A stretch of DNA of 20,000 nucleotides from an uncultured virus (IMG/VR IMGVR_UViG_3300020042_003594) (lineage: Duplodnaviria > Heunggongvirae > Uroviricota > Caudoviricetes): the IMG/VR virus record IMGVR_UViG_3300020042_003594. One strand, written 5' to 3'. Of the stretch, positions 1-6,919 are shown piece after piece (positions within the stretch are counted from its first letter, which is position 1; every line of letters starts with the position of its first letter). The notes under the pieces were generated by a model, which worked only from the letters and a program-made list of their open reading frames with translations, had not been told where the DNA came from and did no database searches. Made by a program: the position numbers and the translations under genes.

Positions 1-126
1 AACTTTTTCAGCTAATAGTTTTAAGTTTGCTATATCTGTCTCTGTAGGGTTGTTAGGCATATCTTTACGAAGAGCAGTTTCACTCTTTGTCATTTCATGT
101 AAAGAAAAGTTTGCTGTAAGATTCAT
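1..126 (-). CDS. Endolysin, peptidase M15A-type (5' part only; runs off the window)
   Basis: Hand translation from ATG at 126 gives MNLTANFSLHEMTKSETALRKDMPNNPTETDIANLKLLAEKV, typical of phage M15A peptidase N-termini. The ATG overlaps the holin stop (ATGA). Not in the ORF track. Confidence 0.8.
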   Translation of the reverse strand, partial: MNLTANFSLHEMTKSETALRKDMPNNPTETDIANLKLLAEKV

Positions 127-539
127 TTCTTAGCTTTCATATCCATAATTTTTTCTAAGGTACGACCACCAAAATAAAAGCTCATTACTAACATACCCCA
201 TTGGCCTAATAAAGTAACATATACTTCATTGGCATCTAACTTAAATGCGCTCATCATTGCAAATACAAAGTATCCAATAAAAATAGCAACTAACGTCATG
301 GGTCTGATGTTCTTAGATAACCGAGAGTCTGACGCCATATCTGAGTTTAGTCTTTCAGTCAGATTATTTTGTTCTGTTTTATACAATTCAGTGTCATTAG
401 CCATCTTAGCTAACTCACCGTCCTGAGCCATCTTAGCTAAGTCTAATTGTGCTTTAGCTTTAGCTTCAGGGTCTGGAATAAGTTTATCAATTAGCTTACC
501 ACCAACTTCTAATAGTGCTGTGAGAGGAAACATGCTCAA
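123..539 (-). CDS. Holin of 3TMs (GTA-type) family
   Basis: Motifs KLIDKLIPDPEAKAKAQL, SKNIRP and hydrophobic segments ending FYFGGRTLEKI; lies directly upstream of the endolysin. The true start may be 533 (MFPL). Confidence 0.85.
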   Translation of the reverse strand: MSMFPLTALLEVGGKLIDKLIPDPEAKAKAQLDLAKMAQDGELAKMANDTELYKTEQNNLTERLNSDMASDSRLSKNIRPMTLVAIFIGYFVFAMMSAFKLDANEVYVTLLGQWGMLVMSFYFGGRTLEKIMDMKAKK

Positions 540-1039
540 CCTTTCTGAAAACTACAATTACCGGCACACTGTTCAAGTATCTCAATTGAGAAATAACCAA
601 TAGCACCTACCATAATAAAAAATACAAGCCCTAGTAGAATGAGTTCAATGAGTTCATCTATTTCTTTTTTACGTTTTGCAGCAGCCTCTCTCTCACGCCG
701 TGCGTCATGTGCTGCTTCTTTATCAATACTTGCTGCACGAGCTACAATCTTAGCCCACACATCCATTTTATTACTTTGGAAGAACAGCATTTTTACTTCT
801 TCTTCAAAAGCTCTGGCTTGTTCAATTGCAAGTTCTAGTTCAATAGCTTTTCCCATAGAACTACCACTAAACTTGCCTTGCTTAGACTGGCTAACCACTT
901 TAATGGCATCAGCTTTAGCTGAAAAAAACTTACCTAAGACAGGGCCAAGACTTTCTACGTCCTGTACGGTCTTAGCTGCTGTCTTAACTAACTTAACTGC
1001 TGTTTGTATAGCAGCTAACGCTGTGAATGGATCAATCAT
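536..1039 (-). CDS. Hypothetical lysis-module protein, helical with a C-terminal transmembrane segment
   Basis: 167 aa ORF coupled to both neighbours; hydrophobic LIELILLGLVFFIMVGAIGYF near the C-terminus. Confidence 0.75.
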   Translation of the reverse strand: MIDPFTALAAIQTAVKLVKTAAKTVQDVESLGPVLGKFFSAKADAIKVVSQSKQGKFSGSSMGKAIELELAIEQARAFEEEVKMLFFQSNKMDVWAKIVARAASIDKEAAHDARREREAAAKRKKEIDELIELILLGLVFFIMVGAIGYFSIEILEQCAGNCSFQKG

Positions 1040-1173
1040 TTTTTAATCTCCTTGTCAGGCTGTTTAACCCATGTGATACACCAGACATGTTGTCTATTGG
1101 GAGACCATCCCCACCTCTTACATACATATACCGGAGCATATATAGCAGGAGGTGGAGGGGGTAACGCATCCAT
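1036..1173 (-). CDS. Small Pro/Trp/Cys-rich protein (45 aa)
   Basis: Hand translation MDALPPPPPAIYAPVYVCKRWGWSPNRQHVWCITWVKQPDKEIKK. Start overlaps the upstream stop (TAATG) and stop overlaps the downstream start (ATGA), filling the gap exactly. Confidence 0.7.
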   Translation of the reverse strand: MDALPPPPPAIYAPVYVCKRWGWSPNRQHVWCITWVKQPDKEIKK

Positions 1174-1400
1174 TAATTACTCTTAAAGTCTTGAATAAAA
1201 ATAGCTATAGCAGCTATTAACCCACCAATCCAGAGTAAAGGTTTAGCCAATTTACTTAAAGTTTCTAATACTTTAAATGCACCTTGAGCAGCATTAAAAG
1301 CTTCTGTAACATCTTTAGTACTGTTGCTTAGATTATCTACTTTACCTTCAACAGCTACAAGTCTGTCATATATTTCTTTATGTGTTATCTCTTCACTCAT
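1173..1400 (-). CDS. Small coiled-coil plus single C-terminal TM protein (holin/XhlA-like architecture)
   Basis: 75 aa; AAGGA SD upstream; IYDRLVAVEGKVDNL heptads followed by PLLWIGGLIAAIAIFI. Confidence 0.7.
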   Translation of the reverse strand: MSEEITHKEIYDRLVAVEGKVDNLSNSTKDVTEAFNAAQGAFKVLETLSKLAKPLLWIGGLIAAIAIFIQDFKSN

Positions 1401-1416
1401 TGGGTTCCTTTATATA

Positions 1417-1563
1417 TTAAGTTGTGTTGTCAGCAGGTTCGGGCGTGTTGCCCTCTGCCAGCCACTTCAAGTACTCTTGGTAGTCTGTGTTGGCTGGGTC
1501 GAAAGGGATGCAAGCGCCGTCCGTTGTGCGAATGACGGTATTTGTGTTTGTTAATTTGTACAT
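1417..1563 (-). CDS. Small tail-fibre partner/assembly-like protein (48 aa), paralog A
   Basis: Hand translation [51 protein letters not shown] immediately follows the upstream TAA. The IPFDPxNTDY..YLxWLAEGN motif is shared with 3188..3346. Confidence 0.8.
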   Translation of the reverse strand: MYKLTNTNTVIRTTDGACIPFDPANTDYQEYLKWLAEGNTPEPADNTT

Positions 1564-2661
1564 TTATAGCTCCGCTGATGCTGCGTATTGGGCTTCAACA
1601 AATGCAACCACCCAAGCAGCGCCAGCGTTTGCAATGCCACGACACCCTGAAGTTCCAATACTGTCAAAGGTTGCAGTTGTAGTCCCTGATGCACCGTTAC
1701 GCCCGTAATTAAAAAGACCGGATGTGCCGTCATTTGCGTACCCCGTTACAGTTGGTGCTGCACGCTTTTCAACTTTCCAGCGTATTGGTAAAAGCATGTT
1801 ATTGCTTTGATTAGTTGATCCAGCCATAGTCCAAAAACCAGTTGTTGTATTTGTTCCGGGCGCAGTACCAGTGTCGTAGGTTTTCTCATAATACCGCTGG
1901 CACTGGATAAGCTGCCGTCCGTAGTCAATGAACTCAAAGCTGGTGGCGTTACTTCCGCGCTCCAGTTGTACTCCAGTGATGTAGAAGGTTGCGCCGTTTG
2001 TTGCAATAATGTTGGTCTGACCTATAGCGCCAAAATATTGAGCAGATGCCCAAGCGCCAGCAGTTCCTAAGTGGTCAGTTCCAGCACCTAACGACCAACC
2101 AATTTGCATACCGATTCCGTTTGTCGCACCTAACCATGTACCAGCCGTAGGCCCAGCAATAGTGACTGTTTTGTTTTCCCAAGTATTAGCAACAGAAATA
2201 CTGTATGAAAATGGGTAACTGTAATTAGCAGCAGAGTTGTAAATAAACCCGCCAAAAGTGCCTGTTAAGCTAGAACGAACCCAAAAGCTAAGAGTTACAG
2301 TTTGAGCCGCCGCAGTCCCCCACCCAAGGTCGGCGGTATTAAAAGCCTCAATTCTTTGGGCTATGTAATATCTTTGGGTAACTCCAATAGAGGCGTCTGC
2401 TGTTGTTACTGTATTTTGTAGAGAATTGTTAAAACCTGTTGGCGCATTTGTAGACTGAGACATAGTAAAGATGCCATCAGTAGATTGACCACTAGCCCAC
2501 CACCTGTCGGTACAAAATGTCTGACTTGTTGAATTCACCGTAACAACCGCCCCAGCGTTCCTCTGGTCAATCACCATCGCGCCGTTGATGATGCGGTTCT
2601 TGAAGCCGTTGTACTGGGCTTGGGTGTCCAGCATCCCTGCGTTTACTGTTGTGAGTGTCAT
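1564..2661 (-). CDS. Tail fibre / receptor-binding-like protein, paralog A
   Basis: 365 aa, Thr/Gly/Asn/aromatic-rich; KNRIING..DQRNAG and FYITGVQLE.G..ATSFE..YG..L..CQRYY motifs typical of phage fibre beta-sandwich modules. Confidence 0.7.
   Translation of the reverse strand: MTLTTVNAGMLDTQAQYNGFKNRIINGAMVIDQRNAGAVVTVNSTSQTFCTDRWWASGQSTDGIFTMSQSTNAPTGFNNSLQNTVTTADASIGVTQRYYIAQRIEAFNTADLGWGTAAAQTVTLSFWVRSSLTGTFGGFIYNSAANYSYPFSYSISVANTWENKTVTIAGPTAGTWLGATNGIGMQIGWSLGAGTDHLGTAGAWASAQYFGAIGQTNIIATNGATFYITGVQLERGSNATSFEFIDYGRQLIQCQRYYEKTYDTGTAPGTNTTTGFWTMAGSTNQSNNMLLPIRWKVEKRAAPTVTGYANDGTSGLFNYGRNGASGTTTATFDSIGTSGCRGIANAGAAWVVAFVEAQYAASAEL
1900..1995. repeat. 96-bp direct repeat, copy 1 (copy 2 at 3677..3772)
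   Basis: Manual alignment gives 93/96 identical; encodes GATFYITGVQLERGSNATSFEFIDYGRQLIQC in both fibre paralogs. Confidence 0.9.
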
Positions 2662-2663
2662 GT

Positions 2664-3191
2664 TTATTCCCAGAGAATGTTGATGGTTCCGGCGTCAAAG
2701 GTGTCTGTGCCGTTTACTGTGGTGATGCGGATGCGGTCTAGTGTTGCCCCAAGAGACTTACTTCCGCTTGTAAACATCGTATACCCCGGCTGCGCGCCAA
2801 GATTAGCAAACCCACCAAACCCAACCCAAGTGTTGTTATTAAAGAGAATAAAAGATACCGAGCCAGATTTATTATCACCAGCAGCGTTATGAAAAATGCC
2901 AAATCCAGTAGTAATAGCAGCTCCTGAATTTCCAGGGCCATTGTATGACCAAGCTGCGTTATAGCTAGTTGCTTGTATGCCAGAAGATGTACCAAGCTGA
3001 ATTTGCATATTAGATGTGCCATTTGTTGACACTTGGTCAAACATGACCGTAACCCGTTTTGCCCAAGACGGAATGCCAGTAAAGTCAATGCTGGTTCCGC
3101 TGGTAGATGCCACCGCTGTCCCAGAAATAAGCAAACTGCCTGTTGCGCTGGCGTTTGATCCCACTGCCGCAAGGTTTACTGTTCGTGTCAT
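2664..3191 (-). CDS. Putative tail fibre-associated virion protein
   Basis: 175 aa; SGTAVASTSGTSIDFTGIPSWAKRVTVMF...LDRIRITTVNGTDTFDAGTINILWE, a recurring phage tail accessory domain; coupled to its neighbours. Confidence 0.65.
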   Translation of the reverse strand: MTRTVNLAAVGSNASATGSLLISGTAVASTSGTSIDFTGIPSWAKRVTVMFDQVSTNGTSNMQIQLGTSSGIQATSYNAAWSYNGPGNSGAAITTGFGIFHNAAGDNKSGSVSFILFNNNTWVGFGGFANLGAQPGYTMFTSGSKSLGATLDRIRITTVNGTDTFDAGTINILWE

Positions 3192-3346
3192 TCTGCTGCC
3201 TCCGGTTGGTTGCCTTCAGCAAGCCATGCTAGATAGGCGATGTAGTCTGTGTTGTCGGGGTCGAAGGGGATGCTGATATTTTGCCCGACAATTGTTACGG
3301 CAACAACATCACCAAACGAGCCTTTTTGTAATTTATATTGAGTCAT
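3188..3346 (-). CDS. Small tail-fibre partner/assembly-like protein (52 aa), paralog B
   Basis: Hand translation MTQYKLQKGSFGDVVAVTIVGQNISIPFDPDNTDYIAYLAWLAEGNQPEAAE; coupled on both sides; paralog of 1417..1563. Confidence 0.8.
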   Translation of the reverse strand: MTQYKLQKGSFGDVVAVTIVGQNISIPFDPDNTDYIAYLAWLAEGNQPEAAE

Positions 3347-4966
3347 TTATAGCTCCGCTGAAAGTTGTAGACGCGCTGTTGTGGTGTTGTTTGCAACAAC
3401 AGTTACTGGCCGATATGTTGTTAATCCGCTTGCCACTCCATAAATTGCATTAATTACTTTTGTGCTTGGTTGGTCAACAGTTATCGAAGTTACTGCGGTC
3501 ACATTAACGCCATCAAATAATCCCCAAGTACTAGAAGCCGAACTTGTCAAAGAAGGCGCTGTTCGCATTTCAACGGGTAAAAATGTTATACATGGAGCGG
3601 CTGTAGCGGAAGAACATGTTCCTGTAGCAAGACGCTCATAACTAGTAACTCCTCCGTAACTAATAAAATACCTGTAGCACTGGATCAACTGCCGTCCGTA
3701 GTCAATGAACTCAAAGCTGGTGGCGTTACTTCCGCGCTCCAGTTGTACTCCAGTAATGTAGAAGGTTGCGCCTGTGGTTACTTTTCCATGTGTTTGACCA
3801 CTTGCACCATACGAGTTTGTTGAAACCCAAGCATTGTTACTTGCGGTGCATACATCATCGTGAGCATCAAGAGTAAAGCGCAACTCTAAGCCAATGCCGT
3901 TTGTGTAGTTCCATGTGCCGCCAGACGCTGTAAGCGGTATTGTCAGTGTAATTTGCTGCCATGTGTTTGCTGCTGTGACTGTGTAAGTAGTCGCGTAAGA
4001 GCGATCAACAGCATTGGTGGCGACCAAAGAATACGTGCCAGAGTTTGAAAAATACGTCCAAAAAGATATCGTCACACTTGACTGGCTTCTCAGTGCATCA
4101 GCAATGTTAAATCCCTCAATCACATGACGATACATCATGTAAGCGCCTCCGCTGGCCCCTAGCGTTTGCCCTGTCGTTGCGGTTAAATACGCGGAATTAC
4201 CGTACCCCGTTGGTGCAGTGGTAGATTGCTGGCAGTTAAAAACAGCGGTTATCCCAAGACCAGCGCGTTGGTACGAAAAGCGGTCTGCAATAAAAGTGTT
4301 GTTTCCAATACCCGTTTGCAACGCACCAGCGTTCCTCTGATCCACAACCATGTTCCCGTTGATGATGCGGTTCTTCATGCCTGTGAAGCCCGACACTGCT
4401 GCGCCGTTGATGGTCACTGCGCTGTTGAATGTCGTAGACCCCGTTACTGTGCCGCCTGTCAGTGGGAGGGCGTTGGTCAGCGAAGTCAGGGTGTAGTATT
4501 CAATCGTGACCAGATCACCCGCAGTGGCTGCGCTTGCCAGAGTGATTGTTGTGCCGTTGGTAGCTGTGAAGTCAGCGTTGCCCAGCCTTGCACCGTTGCG
4601 GAACACCTGTACGAAGCCGGGGGTGTAGCTGCCAGCCGAAGCAAACACAGTCTGTCCAGCCGTGGCGGTCAGGTCAGTTGAACTCAGGAACGCAGTGTTG
4701 CCCGGTGAGGACGAGCCAATCACTGGCAGACCTAAGTACAGCACAGCAATGTTGTTTGTCCCTGTGGGCGGGGCTGGGCTGAACGTCAGGGTTGTGCCAA
4801 CGACGGAGTACAGGTTGGGGTTCTGCACCACGCCACTGATGGCGACAACGATAGAGGTTGCACTCGCTGGAGCGTATGTCAGCGTGAAAGAAGTGGTTGT
4901 GCCGTTACCAGTGAACTGGTCAAACGGAAACGCTGCTGTGGTTGGCTCCGCGCCGATGTAGCTCAT
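3347..4966 (-). CDS. Tail fibre / receptor-binding-like protein, paralog B, with two extra N-terminal beta domains
   Basis: 539 aa; N-terminal MSYIG..FTGNGTTTSFTL and TATAGQTVF..VFRNG modules, then the same KNRIING/FYITGVQLE module as 1564..2661; both proteins end SAEL. Confidence 0.7.
   Translation of the reverse strand: MSYIGAEPTTAAFPFDQFTGNGTTTSFTLTYAPASATSIVVAISGVVQNPNLYSVVGTTLTFSPAPPTGTNNIAVLYLGLPVIGSSSPGNTAFLSSTDLTATAGQTVFASAGSYTPGFVQVFRNGARLGNADFTATNGTTITLASAATAGDLVTIEYYTLTSLTNALPLTGGTVTGSTTFNSAVTINGAAVSGFTGMKNRIINGNMVVDQRNAGALQTGIGNNTFIADRFSYQRAGLGITAVFNCQQSTTAPTGYGNSAYLTATTGQTLGASGGAYMMYRHVIEGFNIADALRSQSSVTISFWTYFSNSGTYSLVATNAVDRSYATTYTVTAANTWQQITLTIPLTASGGTWNYTNGIGLELRFTLDAHDDVCTASNNAWVSTNSYGASGQTHGKVTTGATFYITGVQLERGSNATSFEFIDYGRQLIQCYRYFISYGGVTSYERLATGTCSSATAAPCITFLPVEMRTAPSLTSSASSTWGLFDGVNVTAVTSITVDQPSTKVINAIYGVASGLTTYRPVTVVANNTTTARLQLSAEL
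3677..3772. repeat. 96-bp direct repeat, copy 2 (copy 1 at 1900..1995)
   Basis: 93/96 identical by manual alignment. Confidence 0.9.
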
Positions 4967-5217
4967 GGTGTTTCCCGGTTGGCTTGTGCGGCTTGGTAGG
5001 CTGCTACAACTTCATCTGTCCAAGCTGCGTTGCAGATCGCCACCACGTTGGCAGGCTGACCTGTGAGGTCTTGTGCTGGTGTCAGGCTGGTTCGGTGGTA
5101 GGTCTGAGCAATCTGGTCGCCATCCTTGAGGATGCGTGTAGCCTCGCGGTACAGCACAGTGCCGTTCTCAGTGACGGTGATCTGGTCGATGACTTTAGAT
5201 TCGGTGAATGTTGGCAT
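4963..5217 (-). CDS. Small tail accessory partner protein
   Basis: 84 aa; IDQITVTENG..REAT.I.KDG..IAQTYHR..ICNAAWT motif; AAGGA SD; follows the LDDYEEGTWTP protein. Confidence 0.7.
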   Translation of the reverse strand: MPTFTESKVIDQITVTENGTVLYREATRILKDGDQIAQTYHRTSLTPAQDLTGQPANVVAICNAAWTDEVVAAYQAAQANRETP

Positions 5218-5227
5218 GGGTTTCCTT

Positions 5228-5731
5228 TTATGAAGTGATGTAAGTTATAGAACCTTGCCAGCCATAAGAGTTTGTAACAGCAGTTGAGTTGTCGTATTTA
5301 CGAACATCCGCTGTAACAGTGTTACCAACTGCTGCAATTTGGTATATTGCTCCCGTTACTTGTATTTCCCTTGCCGCGCCGCACGCTTGCTGGTTAGCGT
5401 TTATGGAGGTAAATGGAAAGCCGCCAATAGTGCCTATAGCGGTAACTGTCCCACCAGTGATAATTGCTTTAAAAGTTAAAGTTACTTGATTGCCTATTTT
5501 TATATAACTACCAAAAACACTTTGTGAGGTAATTGTTCCAGTTACGGGAGCAAGCGCAGGCGTCCAAGTTCCCTCCTCATAATCATCCAGCGTGTTTGCG
5601 TTGGCTGATGGGACTGCTGTTGCGGGGAACGTGATCTGACCACCCGTCAGGTTGATGGTGGGTATCGTTTGCTGGCCGCTAAAAGTCAACCCGCTGTTCA
5701 GGCTGTCGCTGTCAATTTTACTGAGTGGCAT
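5228..5731 (-). CDS. Short tail fibre-like protein (ANTLDDYEEGTWTP type)
   Basis: 167 aa; LDDYEEGTWTP..GSYIKIGNQVTL..GGFPFT, a motif common in phage fibre C-terminal domains. Confidence 0.65.
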   Translation of the reverse strand: MPLSKIDSDSLNSGLTFSGQQTIPTINLTGGQITFPATAVPSANANTLDDYEEGTWTPALAPVTGTITSQSVFGSYIKIGNQVTLTFKAIITGGTVTAIGTIGGFPFTSINANQQACGAAREIQVTGAIYQIAAVGNTVTADVRKYDNSTAVTNSYGWQGSITYITS

Positions 5732-5969
5732 TATTGTTCTCCAGCGCGGTGATGATTGTCTTCAGCGCAGCCACATCACCAGCAGCGTCAACAGCAGTCT
5801 GCATTTCAGCGTACTTGGTACGGATAGCAGCACGGGCAGCTTCAGCGGCTGCGGCCTCTGACGGGATGGTGGCCTTTGTATCCAGTGGGGCAAACTCAGC
5901 AGCACGGGCTGTCCTACGCGCATCATGCGTGATTGCTTTCGCTTTGGTGATGTCGATTACGATGCCCAT
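5718..5969 (-). CDS. Small helical tail accessory protein
   Basis: MGIVIDITKAKAITHDARRTARAAEFAPLD...; the start at 5969 (AGAGGAG upstream) is preferred over 5975; Ala-rich and helical. Confidence 0.7.
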   Translation of the reverse strand: MGIVIDITKAKAITHDARRTARAAEFAPLDTKATIPSEAAAAEAARAAIRTKYAEMQTAVDAAGDVAALKTIITALENNNATQ

Positions 5970-6133
5970 GTCCATGCTCCTCTGAATGTGCGGTCTGTTG
6001 GAATGTCTGCAACATCCACAATGGCGTATTCAGCGCCCTCTGGAATGTCTTTCATGCAGGCTTCAATGGTGTCTGCGGGGATGATGACGGCTACGCCGCC
6101 GTCTGCTGTTTTGTAAATGATTCTTGAGTTCAT
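5957..6133 (-). CDS. Small tail accessory protein (58 aa)
   Basis: Hand translation MNSRIIYKTADGGVAVIIPADTIEACMKDIPEGAEYAIVDVADIPTDRTFRGAWTWAS; TAAGG SD upstream; fills the 5975-6143 gap. Confidence 0.75.
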   Translation of the reverse strand: MNSRIIYKTADGGVAVIIPADTIEACMKDIPEGAEYAIVDVADIPTDRTFRGAWTWAS

Positions 6134-6142
6134 TGGGTTACC

Positions 6143-6886
6143 TTATCTAAAAACTGCAACAGCTACTACATCCATATCTTCTGCCCCGCCTGTGCTATTG
6201 CACCACAACCTACATGAAGATGTAGCTAAATTCGTGTCATAACGAATATTTACAACTTTTCCATTTGTACTACTTGCCGCCGCTGTAGGTTTTATTGTTG
6301 CAACTAAAGTATAATTTGCATCAGGCATCGCAGTAGTGAAATTCACTGTGTAATCGCCAGTGCCGTTATCCGTGATGCTTGACACATTCCCGCTAGCACG
6401 AATAATTGTTGCAAGGGTACAGTTTCCGCTTGTGGTTTGTGATGTTGCGGAGGTAACCACAAATATGTTTGCGCTAGTTACGGATGTGACAGTAAATGCC
6501 TCTGCGCTTGCTGCGCCAGTTTGAAATGTTATATAAATAGACTGTCCTTGAGAAAGTCCGTGGCTTGTGACGGTAACAGTTATTGCCGTTCCTGACTGAC
6601 TGTAAGTTCCAGTTAGCGCCCCCGCACCATTGAAGTTCACCCATGCTCGGCAAGCGTACAGGGGGGCAGTGCCGGATACAGTAGCAAACTGTGCCGAGTC
6701 AATGTTTGGCGTTGTCAGTGTAGGGCTGGTCAGCGTCTTATTGGTTAGCGTCTGAGTCGCAGCAATACCCGCCACTGTGTCAGTCACATCAGGCAGCGTC
6801 AGCGTCCTGTCGGTGTTTGTGACGGGTGCTAAAAGGGTGACAGTACCCGTGCCGGTAGCGCCTCCTTGTACGGCTAATAAACTCAT
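6143..6886 (-). CDS. Tail fibre-like protein with an inserted TSHGL beta domain
   Basis: 247 aa; TLTLPD / TQTLTNKTLTSP stalk motifs and an ACRAWVNFNG...NVSSITDNGTGDYTVNF..AMPDANY head domain. Confidence 0.65.
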   Translation of the reverse strand: MSLLAVQGGATGTGTVTLLAPVTNTDRTLTLPDVTDTVAGIAATQTLTNKTLTSPTLTTPNIDSAQFATVSGTAPLYACRAWVNFNGAGALTGTYSQSGTAITVTVTSHGLSQGQSIYITFQTGAASAEAFTVTSVTSANIFVVTSATSQTTSGNCTLATIIRASGNVSSITDNGTGDYTVNFTTAMPDANYTLVATIKPTAAASSTNGKVVNIRYDTNLATSSCRLWCNSTGGAEDMDVVAVAVFR

Positions 6887-6919
6887 GCTGTTGCTCCTTG
6901 GGTGTTCATTTCATTTTCC

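Noticed and set aside
321..323. CGG (Arg) in holin SDSRLSKNIRP where Trp (TGG) might be expected
   Set aside because: A single-base variant or sequencing error cannot be distinguished; TGG codons elsewhere translate sensibly, so there is no sign of recoding.
1900..3772. Diversity-generating retroelement TR/VR pair
   Set aside because: The three mismatches are synonymous and not adenine-specific on the coding strand (ATC/ATT, CTT/TTG), both copies are internal to genes, and no reverse transcriptase is in the window.
1417..4966. Invertible tail-fibre shufflon
   Set aside because: All repeats are direct, all cassettes are on one strand, and no recombinase is present.
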